NCBI GenBank assembly: GCA_038245295.1
Contig: JBBRSP010000026.1
Span: 1 to 64,000, forward strand
Direction: 5' to 3'
Source of the DNA: Candidatus Binatia bacterium
GTDB lineage: Bacteria; Desulfobacterota; Binatia; HRBIN30
Length of the DNA: 64,000 nt
Under the pieces are notes generated by a model that had not been told where the DNA came from, did not search any database, and saw only the letters and a program-made list of their open reading frames with translations. This document shows positions 15,743-26,133 of the stretch, one piece after another. The number at the start of each line of letters is the position of its first letter. Positions within the stretch are counted from its first letter, which is position 1. A program made the translations under genes and the position numbers.

Positions 15743-16685
15743 GGGTCCCGGTTGCGGGAACAACTTCATCCCCCGCCGGTGCCGCCGGTCTGGCGGCTGG
15801 CTTCGGCTTGGGTTTGGCAACCTTCTTCTGTTGCTGTTCCATGCGGAAGATTAGATCGGCGAGACGGTTGGCGACTTGCAACTTCGCTTCCAGATCCTCG
15901 GTGCGGCGTTTTTCCGCGTCGAGGCGCTGACGCAATTCCGTATTCTCGGCGTGAGCGGTGGCAACGTCGCTGAGGGCGGCGGTGGCGGCGGGATCACCCT
16001 TGGCGGCCATGCCCGCTTCGAGCTCTTTGGTGCGCGCCTGACTGGCCGCCAGCGATTGGTTCAGTTCGCGAACAATCTTGTCTTTCTCTTGCTGCAAACC
16101 CTGCACGCGAGCTTCCCATTCCATGTCCGATGTCGACGGCGCCGGCGCGGGCTGAGCGATGGCGGCGACGCCATTGGCGAGCCTCTGATGGGTCTGTCGT
16201 TCCACTTCCAGCGTCCGCCGAAGCTCGACCAGCTCTTCCTTGACGGCATACAGCTCGGACTCGGGGACCTGATGGCCGACACCGAGCGGTGATGCGGTCT
16301 CGGCCTTGAATCGCGCCAACTCTTGTTCGACCGCGAGGCGACGTGTCCGCTCCTGTTCCAGCTCCGCCTGCAGTGAGTTCATCCTTTCGGCCGCCGCGGC
16401 CGCCGCTGGCCCGGTCACCGCGCCGGGGGCGGCAGCAGCCGGCTCTCCTTTGCCGGTGATTTGCGCCGTGGTCGCTCCTGTCGCCGCCAACTGGGTCCGC
16501 AAACGTAGGATTTCCGCCCGTAGCGCCTCGACGTCGTCGGGCTTGGGGGTTCCAGGCGCCAGGTCACCGCCGTTGACCACCTCGGTCACTTCCTCGGTGC
16601 TAACGATGGTGGCGCGAGAACTGACGCAGCCGGCGGCAACCGCCGCGAGGACGAGGCAAGCAATACCGTGGTGGGGTCGCAGCAT
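15726..16685 (-). CDS. Coiled-coil lipoprotein
   Basis: Hydrophobic leader with lipobox AAGC, long E/Q/L/R heptads, Pro/Ala/Lys tail. Confidence 0.75.
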   Translation of the reverse strand: MLRPHHGIACLVLAAVAAGCVSSRATIVSTEEVTEVVNGGDLAPGTPKPDDVEALRAEILRLRTQLAATGATTAQITGKGEPAAAAPGAVTGPAAAAAAERMNSLQAELEQERTRRLAVEQELARFKAETASPLGVGHQVPESELYAVKEELVELRRTLEVERQTHQRLANGVAAIAQPAPAPSTSDMEWEARVQGLQQEKDKIVRELNQSLAASQARTKELEAGMAAKGDPAATAALSDVATAHAENTELRQRLDAEKRRTEDLEAKLQVANRLADLIFRMEQQQKKVAKPKPKPAARPAAPAGDEVVPATGTLIPAP

Positions 16686-16750
16686 GGCCGCGGAAAGTAG
16701 TGCCATGCAGCCTGCTTGTCCAGCGAGAGATCGGACCTCCCCTGTGATCG

Positions 16751-17515
16751 CTATGTGTTCGGCAGGACGACCTCCTGGAACGGGGTGCGACACGGGGGGC
16801 CGTCGGCGAACCACAAGCGACGCACATTCCCGGTCGCCGTCACGGTGTCGACCACCATGCAGGAGCTGCGCGTGCCGTAGCGGTCGGTGTGGACGCAAAG
16901 GTTGTTCGGCGGACCGGCACTGCGTGGGTCGAGAGGCGTCGAATGATCGGAGAGAATCTTCGGTAACTCCGCGAGTAGGGCAGGGAGGTCCTCGTGATCG
17001 AGATGATGCGCCGCCGCTTCGAAGAGGGCGAACGACTTGGCGATGCGCGGGCACTCCATGTCGTCGAGGTCGAGATTCGTCAGGAGGTGGACCCCGGGCG
17101 TTAGCCGTTGCACGACCATGTCACCGCTCATGTTGCCAATCACCGCGGCGCCCGAGCGCGACGCAACCAACAAGTTGAACGGATTGTAGGCGGTGGCTGG
17201 CTGTCGCGTTACCGCCGAAATGGCGGCCTCGACGCTCGCTGCGGCGAGAGCATCCATACAGAGCGCACCACGCGAGCGGCGCTGCGGGTCAATCGGACGC
17301 GCCGTGCGGCGGTTGAGAAGCCCGGCTACGAGGCCAGTCTGACTGACGCCGAACCAGGTGCCGCCCGCCAGCAGATCCTGGCCGGCGATGACCCACGGAT
17401 CTTGTCGCAGAGCGGTAGGCGGCGCCGCGGGGCGAGCGAGGAATTCGTCGCGGTTGGCGGCAACGACAAGCGGGTAGCGTTGGTTTACCTGGAACAGGAT
17501 GGCGAGAGTGCACAC
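16751..17515 (-). CDS. NRDE/TANGO2 family protein
   Basis: (M)CTL start, AANRDEF, GGTWFG, SRG, YNPFNL and YGTRSS motifs. Confidence 0.92.
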   Translation of the reverse strand: MCTLAILFQVNQRYPLVVAANRDEFLARPAAPPTALRQDPWVIAGQDLLAGGTWFGVSQTGLVAGLLNRRTARPIDPQRRSRGALCMDALAAASVEAAISAVTRQPATAYNPFNLLVASRSGAAVIGNMSGDMVVQRLTPGVHLLTNLDLDDMECPRIAKSFALFEAAAHHLDHEDLPALLAELPKILSDHSTPLDPRSAGPPNNLCVHTDRYGTRSSCMVVDTVTATGNVRRLWFADGPPCRTPFQEVVLPNT

Positions 17516-17583
17516 GTGGCGCACAGTATCGGAGGGGCAGGGGGCCGAGCAACGAGGGTGGAAAGGGTTGTGATCTAACCGAA

Positions 17584-17612
17584 TTGTCTGGGTAGTACCC
17601 CTGTGTTAGTCG
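17584..17612 (+). promoter_or_regulatory. Putative leaderless promoter of the MoxR gene
   Basis: TTGTCT-N17-TAGTCG (TG-extended)-N7-ATG; no SD. Confidence 0.55.
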
Positions 17613-17619
17613 TCGCCGA

Positions 17620-18603
17620 ATGGCAGCGTCTGAAACGGCAACCTTCTCATCAATCGACGACGTGATTCAGCGATTTGCGGCGCAGCAGTACATCTGCGAT
17701 CGCCGCATTGCCACCGTCGTCTATCTCGCGGCACACTTGCAGAAGCCGATCCTCGTCGAAGGACCTGCCGGCGTCGGCAAGACCGAATTGGCAAAGGTGT
17801 TGGCGGCGGCGCTCGGCAACGACCTCATCCGTCTGCAGTGTTACGAGGGCCTCGACGAGGCCAAGGCGCTGTACGAATGGGAGTACGCCAAGCAACTCCT
17901 GTACACGCAGATTCTCAAGGACAAGATCAGCGAGGTAATCGGGGGGGCAAAGAATCTCACCGAGGCGGTGGACCGCATCGCCAACGAAGACGACGTGTTC
18001 TTCTCAGACCGTTTCATCTTGCCGCGACCATTGCTGAGCGCCATTTCGTCGAATCGCCCGACGGTGCTGTTGATCGACGAGATCGACAAGTCGGATACCG
18101 AGTTCGAAGCCTTCCTCCTGGAGATCTTGAGCGATTTCCAGGTCAGCGTTCCCGAGCTCGGGACCCTCAAAGCAAAGCACATTCCGCTCGTGGTTCTCAC
18201 CAGTAACAACGCCCGTGAATTGTCGGACGCACTGAAGCGGCGCTGTCTCCATTTGTTCATCGACTTCCCGCCCTCGAGCCAGGAGCTCGAGATCGTCCGA
18301 CTCAAGGTTCCGGGCATTACGCAGACGTTGGCCGAGGAAGTCGTCAATGTCGTGCATCGCATCCGCAAGCTCGACCTGAAGAAAGCACCGAGCATCAGTG
18401 AGACGCTCGACTGGGCCAAGGCCCTGGTGTTGTTGAACGCCGACCGATTGGATGAAGCGTTGGTGAACGACACGCTGAGCACGATCCTTAAGTACGAGGG
18501 CGATATTCGCAAGGCGCAAGAGGAGCTCAAGGAGTATCTCGCCAAACAGCGCGCGGCGCTGCTGAGCGACAGCCCAGGAAGCGACAAAGAGCTGCTGAAC
18601 TAG
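17620..18603 (+). CDS. MoxR family AAA+ ATPase (CoxD-like)
   Basis: EGPAGVGKTELAK, RLQCYEGLD..ALYEW, LLIDEIDK and LSDALKRRC motifs. Confidence 0.93.
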   Translation: MAASETATFSSIDDVIQRFAAQQYICDRRIATVVYLAAHLQKPILVEGPAGVGKTELAKVLAAALGNDLIRLQCYEGLDEAKALYEWEYAKQLLYTQILKDKISEVIGGAKNLTEAVDRIANEDDVFFSDRFILPRPLLSAISSNRPTVLLIDEIDKSDTEFEAFLLEILSDFQVSVPELGTLKAKHIPLVVLTSNNARELSDALKRRCLHLFIDFPPSSQELEIVRLKVPGITQTLAEEVVNVVHRIRKLDLKKAPSISETLDWAKALVLLNADRLDEALVNDTLSTILKYEGDIRKAQEELKEYLAKQRAALLSDSPGSDKELLN

Positions 18604-18618
18604 AGAGCGGCCGACGGC

Positions 18619-20028
18619 ATGGACGAGCGGATCATCGATTTCATCGCCTTGTTACGCCAGAACGGCGTACGAGTGTCGATGGCGGAGAACATGGACGGCT
18701 TTGCGGCGATTCGGCTGCTCGGCCTCTCCAACCGTGATGCGTTTAAAGATGCCTTGCGGGCCTCGCTGATCAAACGTGAGGTCGAGCGGCCGACGTTCGA
18801 CGAGCTCTTCGAGCTCTATTTCGGTGGCCTCGGTTCGATGGTTAAAGGCGCCGCCGATTCGCTGATGGCATCGATGGATCTCGAGGGGGCGGACTTCCAA
18901 CAACTGATGGATCAGCTGGCCGAGATCCTCAAGCAGATGAACATCGACCTATCGCAGCTGGCGCAGCACATGTTGGCGAACAACACCGGCCAGATCGAGA
19001 AGATGCTCCGCGAGGCGGCGGCGCAGGCGCAACTGCCGAACATCCAGCGCTCGTTTCAGGAGGGTCGTTACAGCCACGCGATGGCGCAGCAGCTTGGCCT
19101 GACCGGTATGGCGGCGGAGTTCGATCAGCTGAAGGATCAGCTCGGTTCGGCCGATCTCGCGCCGGAGTTGCTCGAGAAGTTGCGACGGCTGATCGACCAG
19201 CGCCTGCAGGATCTTACCGACATGATCAAGCGCGCCGTGCGCATGGAGTTGGAGAAACACGACCAGTCTTTGCGTGAGAATCAGCGGCTGCAGACCTTGG
19301 CGGAGAAGAGCTTCTATTATCTTTCCGAAGACGAGATGCGACGCATGAAGGAAGCGGTCACCAAGTTGGCCGAGCGCTTGAAGAATGTCGTGTCGATCCG
19401 TCGTAAGAAGGGCAAGCGCGGTAAGTTCGATATCAAGGCGACGTTACGCAAGAACCTGCAGTACGGCGGTGTACCGTTCCGCATCCAGTTCGATCGTCGA
19501 GTCAAGGACAAGCCGCAGGTCATGGTGCTGTGCGACGTCTCCGATTCGGTGCGCAACGTGTCGCGTTTCATGTTGCAGTTCGTCTATTCGTTACAGGATC
19601 TCTACTCGAAGGTGCGCAGTTTCATTTTCGTCAGCGAATTGGGCGAGGTGACGCGCCTCTTTGACGACAAGGATATCCAGAAAGCGATCGACGAGGCCTT
19701 GTCGGGGAGCATCATCAACGTCTTCGCGCACTCCGACTTCGGCCGCGCCTTCCGTTCGTTCCACCGCGACTTCTTACCGTCGGTGAACAACCGTACGACG
19801 GTGATCGTGCTGGGTGACGCGCGCAACAACTACAACCTGGCGCACGAATGGGTCCTCAAGGAGGTCCAGCAGCGCGCCAAGCAGGTAATCTGGCTGAATC
19901 CGGAAAATCGTCTGACGTGGGGCTTTGGCGACAGCGAGATGGATCGCTACCTTCCGTACTGTGATGTCGTTGAAGAGTGCCGCAATCTCAACCAACTGTA
20001 TCGCGTCATCGATCACATGGTGCGCTGA
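18619..20028 (+). CDS. VWA-domain CoxE-like protein
   Basis: MIDAS motif LCDVSDSV, plus VLGDARNN and WLNPE; adjacent to the MoxR gene. Confidence 0.9.
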   Translation: MDERIIDFIALLRQNGVRVSMAENMDGFAAIRLLGLSNRDAFKDALRASLIKREVERPTFDELFELYFGGLGSMVKGAADSLMASMDLEGADFQQLMDQLAEILKQMNIDLSQLAQHMLANNTGQIEKMLREAAAQAQLPNIQRSFQEGRYSHAMAQQLGLTGMAAEFDQLKDQLGSADLAPELLEKLRRLIDQRLQDLTDMIKRAVRMELEKHDQSLRENQRLQTLAEKSFYYLSEDEMRRMKEAVTKLAERLKNVVSIRRKKGKRGKFDIKATLRKNLQYGGVPFRIQFDRRVKDKPQVMVLCDVSDSVRNVSRFMLQFVYSLQDLYSKVRSFIFVSELGEVTRLFDDKDIQKAIDEALSGSIINVFAHSDFGRAFRSFHRDFLPSVNNRTTVIVLGDARNNYNLAHEWVLKEVQQRAKQVIWLNPENRLTWGFGDSEMDRYLPYCDVVEECRNLNQLYRVIDHMVR

Positions 20029-20102
20029 GTTGGCTCAAGCTGGCGCAAGCTGGGTTGACGCCTCATGGCTATTCTGGGCACAATGCCGCGAAGGACGAGC
20101 CT

Positions 20103-20618
20103 ATGAGTCGTGAGAACGCCCTCAAGATGACAGTGAGTGGACTCACCTTGGATCCGGTCACCAAGACACCGATTGTGATCCTCAAGGACCCTGACAACCG
20201 ACTCAATCTGCCGATCTGGATCGGGCTCCTCGAAGCAACGGCGATGGCCACCGAGCTCGAGGGCATCAAGATGGCCCGTCCGATGACGCACGATTTGTTG
20301 CGTAATGTGCTCGACGAGATGGGTGCTACCGTCGAATGCATCGAAATCACCGATCTGCGTGACAACACCTATTTCGCCCTGATCTATTTGCTGGTGAACG
20401 GCGAGCAACGGACCCTCGATGCGCGGCCGAGCGATGCAATTTCGCTGGCGTTGCGCACCAAGAGCCCGATCTACGTCGACAAACGCGTGATCGAGAGCTC
20501 GAGTATCGTGCCGCAGGACGAAGCGGGGGCAGCTGGCAATTTGTCGAACGTCTCGCGCGATAAGTGGTCGGAGATCCTCGACAAGATGTCGCCAGACGAC
20601 TTCAAGTACAAGATGTAA
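20103..20618 (+). CDS. Bifunctional nuclease family protein (DUF151)
   Basis: LPIWIG..EA, RPMTHDL and DARPSDAISLALR motifs. Confidence 0.93.
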   Translation: MSRENALKMTVSGLTLDPVTKTPIVILKDPDNRLNLPIWIGLLEATAMATELEGIKMARPMTHDLLRNVLDEMGATVECIEITDLRDNTYFALIYLLVNGEQRTLDARPSDAISLALRTKSPIYVDKRVIESSSIVPQDEAGAAGNLSNVSRDKWSEILDKMSPDDFKYKM

Positions 20619-20671
20619 CCAAAACGGTGCGCCCGAACGGTGCGCCGCCAATCATTCTAAGGGGAGTATTC

Positions 20672-21328
20672 ATGTCGAGTGAGCATGCGCGTCAGCGCGA
20701 ATTGAAGGCGCCGGACGAATTCACGGTTGTGGGCAATTCGGCAATCGACTGGGCGCGGAACAACTCCCGCTTGTTGATGCAGATCGGCCTCGCGGCGCTG
20801 GCGGTCGTGGTTGGCATCGGATTGTTCCTAAATAGCCGGGTAACGCGGAACCGCGAGGCCAATTTCGATCTGGCGCAGGGGCTCAAGGAGCTCGGCGACG
20901 GTCATTATAAGGAGGCAGCGACGCGCCTGAGTGACGTCGCCATGCGTTGGGACTCGACCTCGGCCGGTACCTTGGCCGGGCTGTTCGCGGCGCAAGCGCA
21001 GCTGCGCAACAACGAACCGGCTGCGGCCATACCGGCGCTACAGACGGCGGCGCAGCGTGCCGATCTACCGCCGTACCTCAAACAGCAAGCGGTCTACGGA
21101 TTGGCGCAGGCCCAGGAGCGCAGCGGCGATCTCAACGGCGCGGCGGGCCACTTTGCGGAGGCCGCGGCAATGTCGGGGCCCTACACATCGCTGGCCGTGT
21201 TCGCCGAGGCGCGCACGCGAGAGAAGTTGGGCGACGCGGCAGCGGCAAAGAAGTTGTACGAGCGCGTCGTCAACGAGTTCTCCACGTCGCCGGACGTCGA
21301 GATCGCGCGCGTCAAGATAAGCGCCTGA
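20672..21328 (+). CDS. Membrane-anchored TPR protein (YfgM-like)
   Basis: RELKAPDEF N-terminus, one TM helix, TPR-like helices; GGGGAG RBS. Confidence 0.8.
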   Translation: MSSEHARQRELKAPDEFTVVGNSAIDWARNNSRLLMQIGLAALAVVVGIGLFLNSRVTRNREANFDLAQGLKELGDGHYKEAATRLSDVAMRWDSTSAGTLAGLFAAQAQLRNNEPAAAIPALQTAAQRADLPPYLKQQAVYGLAQAQERSGDLNGAAGHFAEAAAMSGPYTSLAVFAEARTREKLGDAAAAKKLYERVVNEFSTSPDVEIARVKISA

Positions 21329-21436
21329 AAAAGCGCGGGAAGAAGAACGCAGCGAAGGCCCGGTCACCCCTAAGCCTTGCACCCCATAACATATCTTATC
21401 GGACGTTTTGGAGATTAGTCGCCGCTGGCCACCAAC

Positions 21437-23284
21437 ATGCCGCCGAGTCGCCTCGGAGCTGAAGACCTCGGGGAGTTCAACCACTGGCTGTGGCTGACAC
21501 GGGTGCGCGCGCTCATTGTGGTCACCGTCGTTCTCGGCGTACAGCAAGTCGTTTCCGAGTTCTTCCATCTGCAAGCCGCCGCCGCGTCGGCCACAGCGCG
21601 TGGCGATGCACAATTGATCCTGGGGATTGTCGGTCTCGATCTCGCCGCGTCCCTGGGATACCACCGCTGGTGGCAACGCGGTTGGCGCCCACGCCTGCTC
21701 CTATATGTTCAGTTGGCCAACGATACGCTGGCCATCGGCATGGGTCTCTGCCTACTCACCGTCCCCCTCCCGCCCCTCTTCCATTTGATCCTGCTGCTGC
21801 CGCTGATTCCGGCGAGCCTCATCGAGTGGCAATGCGGCATGTTCATCGCTTCGCTTGGCTCGGCCTTACACGTGCTGACGCTGAGCCACCACGGTATGCC
21901 GCTGCTCACCGTCGACGGCCTGCTACCGCCGATCGGTCTTTTCCTGATAGCGCAGCAATCGGCTTTCTACTCGGAGCATCTGGCGCGCAAAAACGCGGCC
22001 CTCGCACAAGCCGCTGCATCCCTCAAGATGTCGAAGGAGCGCCTCGAAGAGGAAGTCGCGGTATCGAGCGCCCTGGTGCAGACCGCACGTGCCCTGACGA
22101 CATCCCTCGATCCGTACGAGATTCTCCAGCGCTTCAATGAGGTCCTGCGCGACAACCTCGGCTGTGATTTTAGCGTCACCCTGTTGCACGACGCTAATCG
22201 TGACGCGTTCCGCATCGCCGCCGGCGCCGGACAACATCCCGACGTGCTCGAGGCGCTCCGGCATCAGGAGTTCAAGCGTTCTGATTTCCCGCTCTTGACT
22301 GCCGTCAGCGAACACGAAGTGGCGACGGTGGAAGACAACCGCACCAGCTTGATTCCGTCCGAATTGTTGCGGACCTGGCGGATCGGGTCGTTCTTGTGCA
22401 TCGACCTCCGCCGCGCCGGCCATTCCGTTGGGCTCCTGGTTGCTGGGTTCAACGAACGCCAGGGACCGTTTGCCGAGCGCGAGGTGCGTCTCCTTCGTGC
22501 CAGCGCCCAGCAGGCTGCTGTGGCCCTGGAGAATGCCAGACTCGTGGAAAGCCTCCGCGCTGCCAGCCGGCTGAAGTCTGAATTCATCGGCACGATGTCG
22601 CATGAGCTCCGTTCGCCGCTCAACGTGGTCATCGGCTATGTCGACTTGATTCTCGAAGGCGATATGGGAGCCATTAACGCCGTGCAGACGGAGGCGCTGC
22701 AGAAAGTCCAGCAGAACGCACTGCAGCTCCTCGATCTGATCCAGGAAACGCTCGACGTGAACCGTCTCGAAGCGGGCATGCTGCCGTTGGATTTCGAGAC
22801 GTTTACGCTGGCGGACTTCATGGCGGAGCTACGCGGCGGGATCCCGGCGACGTGGACCAAGCCGGCGGTCCAGCTAGTGTGGCAAGTGCCCAACGGCGTC
22901 GCGGTACTTCATTCCGATCGCGCCAAACTGCGCAAGGTCCTGCGCAACCTGATTCATAATGCCATCAAGTTCACCGAGACCGGCGCGGTGACGATCTCCG
23001 CGATAGACGGCAGCGATTGGGTCGAGTTCGTGGTCGCCGACACCGGAATCGGCATCAGCGACGACATCGTCCCGATCATCTTCGAGATGTTCCGCCAGGG
23101 GGATGGTTCGACGACACGCCGTCATGGGGGAGTCGGTCTGGGCCTCTACATTGTAAAGCAGTTGGTGCGCGGCCTCGGTGGCGATATCAACGTCGCGAGC
23201 ACGCCGGGCAGCGGGTCGACATTCCGGATTCGACTCGGTCGCGGAACCATGGCTCACAGCCAGACCGACGCTGTGGCAATCTGA
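21437..23284 (+). CDS. Membrane sensor histidine kinase with GAF domain
   Basis: N-terminal TM helices, GAF ending AAVALENARL, H-box MSHELRSPL, NLIHNAIKFT, DTGIGI and GVGLGL. Confidence 0.93.
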   Translation: MPPSRLGAEDLGEFNHWLWLTRVRALIVVTVVLGVQQVVSEFFHLQAAAASATARGDAQLILGIVGLDLAASLGYHRWWQRGWRPRLLLYVQLANDTLAIGMGLCLLTVPLPPLFHLILLLPLIPASLIEWQCGMFIASLGSALHVLTLSHHGMPLLTVDGLLPPIGLFLIAQQSAFYSEHLARKNAALAQAAASLKMSKERLEEEVAVSSALVQTARALTTSLDPYEILQRFNEVLRDNLGCDFSVTLLHDANRDAFRIAAGAGQHPDVLEALRHQEFKRSDFPLLTAVSEHEVATVEDNRTSLIPSELLRTWRIGSFLCIDLRRAGHSVGLLVAGFNERQGPFAEREVRLLRASAQQAAVALENARLVESLRAASRLKSEFIGTMSHELRSPLNVVIGYVDLILEGDMGAINAVQTEALQKVQQNALQLLDLIQETLDVNRLEAGMLPLDFETFTLADFMAELRGGIPATWTKPAVQLVWQVPNGVAVLHSDRAKLRKVLRNLIHNAIKFTETGAVTISAIDGSDWVEFVVADTGIGISDDIVPIIFEMFRQGDGSTTRRHGGVGLGLYIVKQLVRGLGGDINVASTPGSGSTFRIRLGRGTMAHSQTDAVAI

Positions 23285-23293
23285 GCGGCCTAC

Positions 23294-24154
23294 CTAGGAT
23301 GCCTGACGGTCGAATTGGGCCTGCAGGCGCCACTCGGCCGCATAGAGGGCGGTGCGCATGCCGACGCGCATCAGCAAGACGCCTTCGGCCAGCAGCAACG
23401 ACAGAGCACTCCCTGCACTCGATGTTGTTGGCAGGTACACACTCGCCTGGACCTGGCAAAACGACAAAAGCAGGCCAAAGGCTAAGAACAGCGCCAGCAG
23501 GGTGGCCGCTCGTGCGCCCTGACGCCGCAGGAAATGCAGCGCCCAACGGAACGAGGCGGCGGCGCCGCGTTCGCTATGAAGGACCGACAGCCGCGCATGA
23601 TCGTGGACTAACATTAATATCGACACCACTACCAGCGTTGCACCGCCGGCAGTGATCCAGATCCCGAGCACGGCAAACTCTCCTGCCCCGTCGCCCAGGT
23701 GATGTTTCGTCCATCGAGCAATCACCAACGCCGCCGCCACAGTCACCGCCTGAGCCAGCCACACACCCGCCGCCAAACCAATCAACCGCGGGAGCGCCCG
23801 AAGCGCCGCGCGCGCATGCGGGCGTACCAGCCCATCGTGTTGCGCGACGGCCGAGGCAATCAACCCGTTTGCCCAGATCGACAGCACCAAGCCCATTCCT
23901 GCCAGCACGACCAGTTCGCGTACCCCAGCCATGACACGCGCCGATTGATTTGCGAGGAGGTCGAGCCATACCTGTGGGTCGGCGTCGACCAGCAAGCTTC
24001 GCGTCGCCAACGCATCGTCGAGAGCCGCGCCAAACCACATCCATAAGAAGGCCAGGCAGACCAGCCCGAGCGTCGCGTTGAAGGCGAAGCAGCCAAGCAC
24101 CAATGGCCGCGAATGCAACGCGAAGCGCCAACCGTACCGAAATGCCCCGCGCAT
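23294..24154 (-). CDS. Integral membrane hypothetical protein
   Basis: About six hydrophobic segments; directly downstream of the M1 peptidase gene. Confidence 0.7.
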   Translation of the reverse strand: MRGAFRYGWRFALHSRPLVLGCFAFNATLGLVCLAFLWMWFGAALDDALATRSLLVDADPQVWLDLLANQSARVMAGVRELVVLAGMGLVLSIWANGLIASAVAQHDGLVRPHARAALRALPRLIGLAAGVWLAQAVTVAAALVIARWTKHHLGDGAGEFAVLGIWITAGGATLVVVSILMLVHDHARLSVLHSERGAAASFRWALHFLRRQGARAATLLALFLAFGLLLSFCQVQASVYLPTTSSAGSALSLLLAEGVLLMRVGMRTALYAAEWRLQAQFDRQAS

Positions 24155-24159
24155 GGAGT

Positions 24160-26133
24160 TTAGAGCCCACCCAGGAAGTGCAGGACAGTCTGAAACCAGA
24201 GCGCCCCGCGGCCGCTGACGCGGATGATGCCGCGCGTCCCAGCCTCCCGCATGCGTGAATTGTTGAGCCAATTGATGTCCGTCATCAAGACATGCGACGG
24301 ATCCACCACCGCCCACTCGACCCGTTGGGAGCCCGAGTATTCGAAACGCCGCCAGCGTTCCTGGCCGTCCCAGTGCTCGTGCGTCGTCGTTCCGTCTTCG
24401 AAAGTCACTTCCACGTCTACGGGCAAGCGAACGTCTCCGAGTCGCTCGATGACGACTTCGCTGGCATAACGCTTCTCAGCGTCAGGGGCCGCCGCCGTCA
24501 ACGGTTCCACCACGCCGTTCGCCCCGATGCCGCGCCCGGCAAATGACGGCTCTTGATGCGAGTCGACGCGGGTGACCGCAAAATCGACCGTGCCACTGCC
24601 CTGAATCAGTTGGTCGATCCACGGGCTGAGATCCTTGCCTCCCGCCCGGTTCAGGTGTGCCAATAAGTTCTGCCGTGTCGGGTGCCGGAAGCGCCAGGTG
24701 TTCGCATATTCCGCGAGCGTGGTGCGTAACACATCCGGCCCGACGACGCGGGCAAGTGTCTCCAACACCAATGCGGTTTTCGCGTAGGAGACGGCTGCGT
24801 AGCTTTGGCGATCGATGAACTGCCAGCCCATGCGCACCATCGGATCGCGACTCGCGGACTGCAAAAATAAGGCACGACGAAACAGCAATCGATCGAAGCG
24901 CAACCCGAAGAAATCAGCATAACTGCCCGGTCCGTAGGTCTCGTCCATGATCAGGCCTTCGACGTATGAGTTTATCCCCTCGTCGAGCCACGCCTCTTCA
25001 AACTCATTGTTGGCAACCAATCCGTACCAATACTGGTGTCCGAACTCGTGAACCGTCACGTATTCCGGGAGCCGTATCCGCGCCGGCATCGCCCAACTCG
25101 TTCCCGCGGTGATCAGCGTTGGATATTCCATTCCCCCCGCTTCGCGGCCATCGTATGGCGGATCGATGATCGTCAACTGGGCGTAGGGGTACTCCCCAAA
25201 CCATTTTTCATAGTATCGCAGCGCTGCCGAGGCGGCATGTAGGTAGCGATCGCGTTGGCGGACATGTGCCGGTTGCACCAGCAGGCGGATGCGGGTCGAG
25301 CCGACGTTGTGATCGACCGTGACGAAGCGCGGATCAATCGCCCAGGCAAAGTCGTGGACCGGCTCAGCGCGAAAAGTAAGTGTCTTTGTACCGTCCCCGT
25401 TGACCTTCTCGTCGGTCAACGAGCCGGTTGCACCGACGACGCCTTCGCTAGGAACCGTGAGGCGCACATCATAACGTCCAAAATCGGAGAAAAATTCCGT
25501 GGTCGAATGATATTGGTGGCAGTTCCAACCGGGACCGTCGAAGACAGCCAACTTCGGGAACCACTGCCCCATCATGGTGAATGGCCCGACGTGCCCTGCC
25601 CTCGCCTGGACGCGCGGGACATGCCCGGTAAAGCCGATATCGAGGGAAACGCTCTCACCCGGTTCGATGGGTCGCGGCAGGCGAACCTCGACTACAGTTC
25701 GGTCATCGACATTGTTGTCGTCGGGATGCAGAAAGCGCAGGGAATCAATGATCGATACTTCACCGACCGCGATACTTTCGATGGCCATCGAGCCCCACGC
25801 GTCGGCGTGCTCTTGGTCTTCCTGCCAATCGTCGGTTGTCCGGTGAGTCTCACGAAAGAAGGTCGATCGGGTGTTAGCGAAGGCGTTCCAATAGAGGTGC
25901 AAACAAGCGGTCGTCGCCTGCACCGGCGTACCGTTCGTCCACGTGATGCGCTCGGTTCCACGAATCGTCTGCGCCGACTGATCGTAGCGTGCTTCGATTC
26001 CGTAGTCGGCGGTGGATTCAAGGGCCATCGCACGGGCGCCGGCGAGTGCGACGACGAACACGGCGGTCGAAACCGCTATCAGCGGATGCCCCGGCTTGCG
26101 TCGAAAAGCACCCATCGCCACTTGCCGGCTCAA
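24160..26133 (-). CDS. M1 family zinc aminopeptidase, secreted
   Basis: GGMEYP and HEFGH-x18-E (WLDEG); signal-like N-terminus. Start uncertain (TTG 26133 or ATG 26115). Confidence 0.92.
   Translation of the reverse strand: MSRQVAMGAFRRKPGHPLIAVSTAVFVVALAGARAMALESTADYGIEARYDQSAQTIRGTERITWTNGTPVQATTACLHLYWNAFANTRSTFFRETHRTTDDWQEDQEHADAWGSMAIESIAVGEVSIIDSLRFLHPDDNNVDDRTVVEVRLPRPIEPGESVSLDIGFTGHVPRVQARAGHVGPFTMMGQWFPKLAVFDGPGWNCHQYHSTTEFFSDFGRYDVRLTVPSEGVVGATGSLTDEKVNGDGTKTLTFRAEPVHDFAWAIDPRFVTVDHNVGSTRIRLLVQPAHVRQRDRYLHAASAALRYYEKWFGEYPYAQLTIIDPPYDGREAGGMEYPTLITAGTSWAMPARIRLPEYVTVHEFGHQYWYGLVANNEFEEAWLDEGINSYVEGLIMDETYGPGSYADFFGLRFDRLLFRRALFLQSASRDPMVRMGWQFIDRQSYAAVSYAKTALVLETLARVVGPDVLRTTLAEYANTWRFRHPTRQNLLAHLNRAGGKDLSPWIDQLIQGSGTVDFAVTRVDSHQEPSFAGRGIGANGVVEPLTAAAPDAEKRYASEVVIERLGDVRLPVDVEVTFEDGTTTHEHWDGQERWRRFEYSGSQRVEWAVVDPSHVLMTDINWLNNSRMREAGTRGIIRVSGRGALWFQTVLHFLGGL

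Noticed and set aside
21437..23284. Orphan histidine kinase as a novel signalling system
   Set aside because: The TM-GAF-HisKA-HATPase layout is ordinary and orphan kinases are common.
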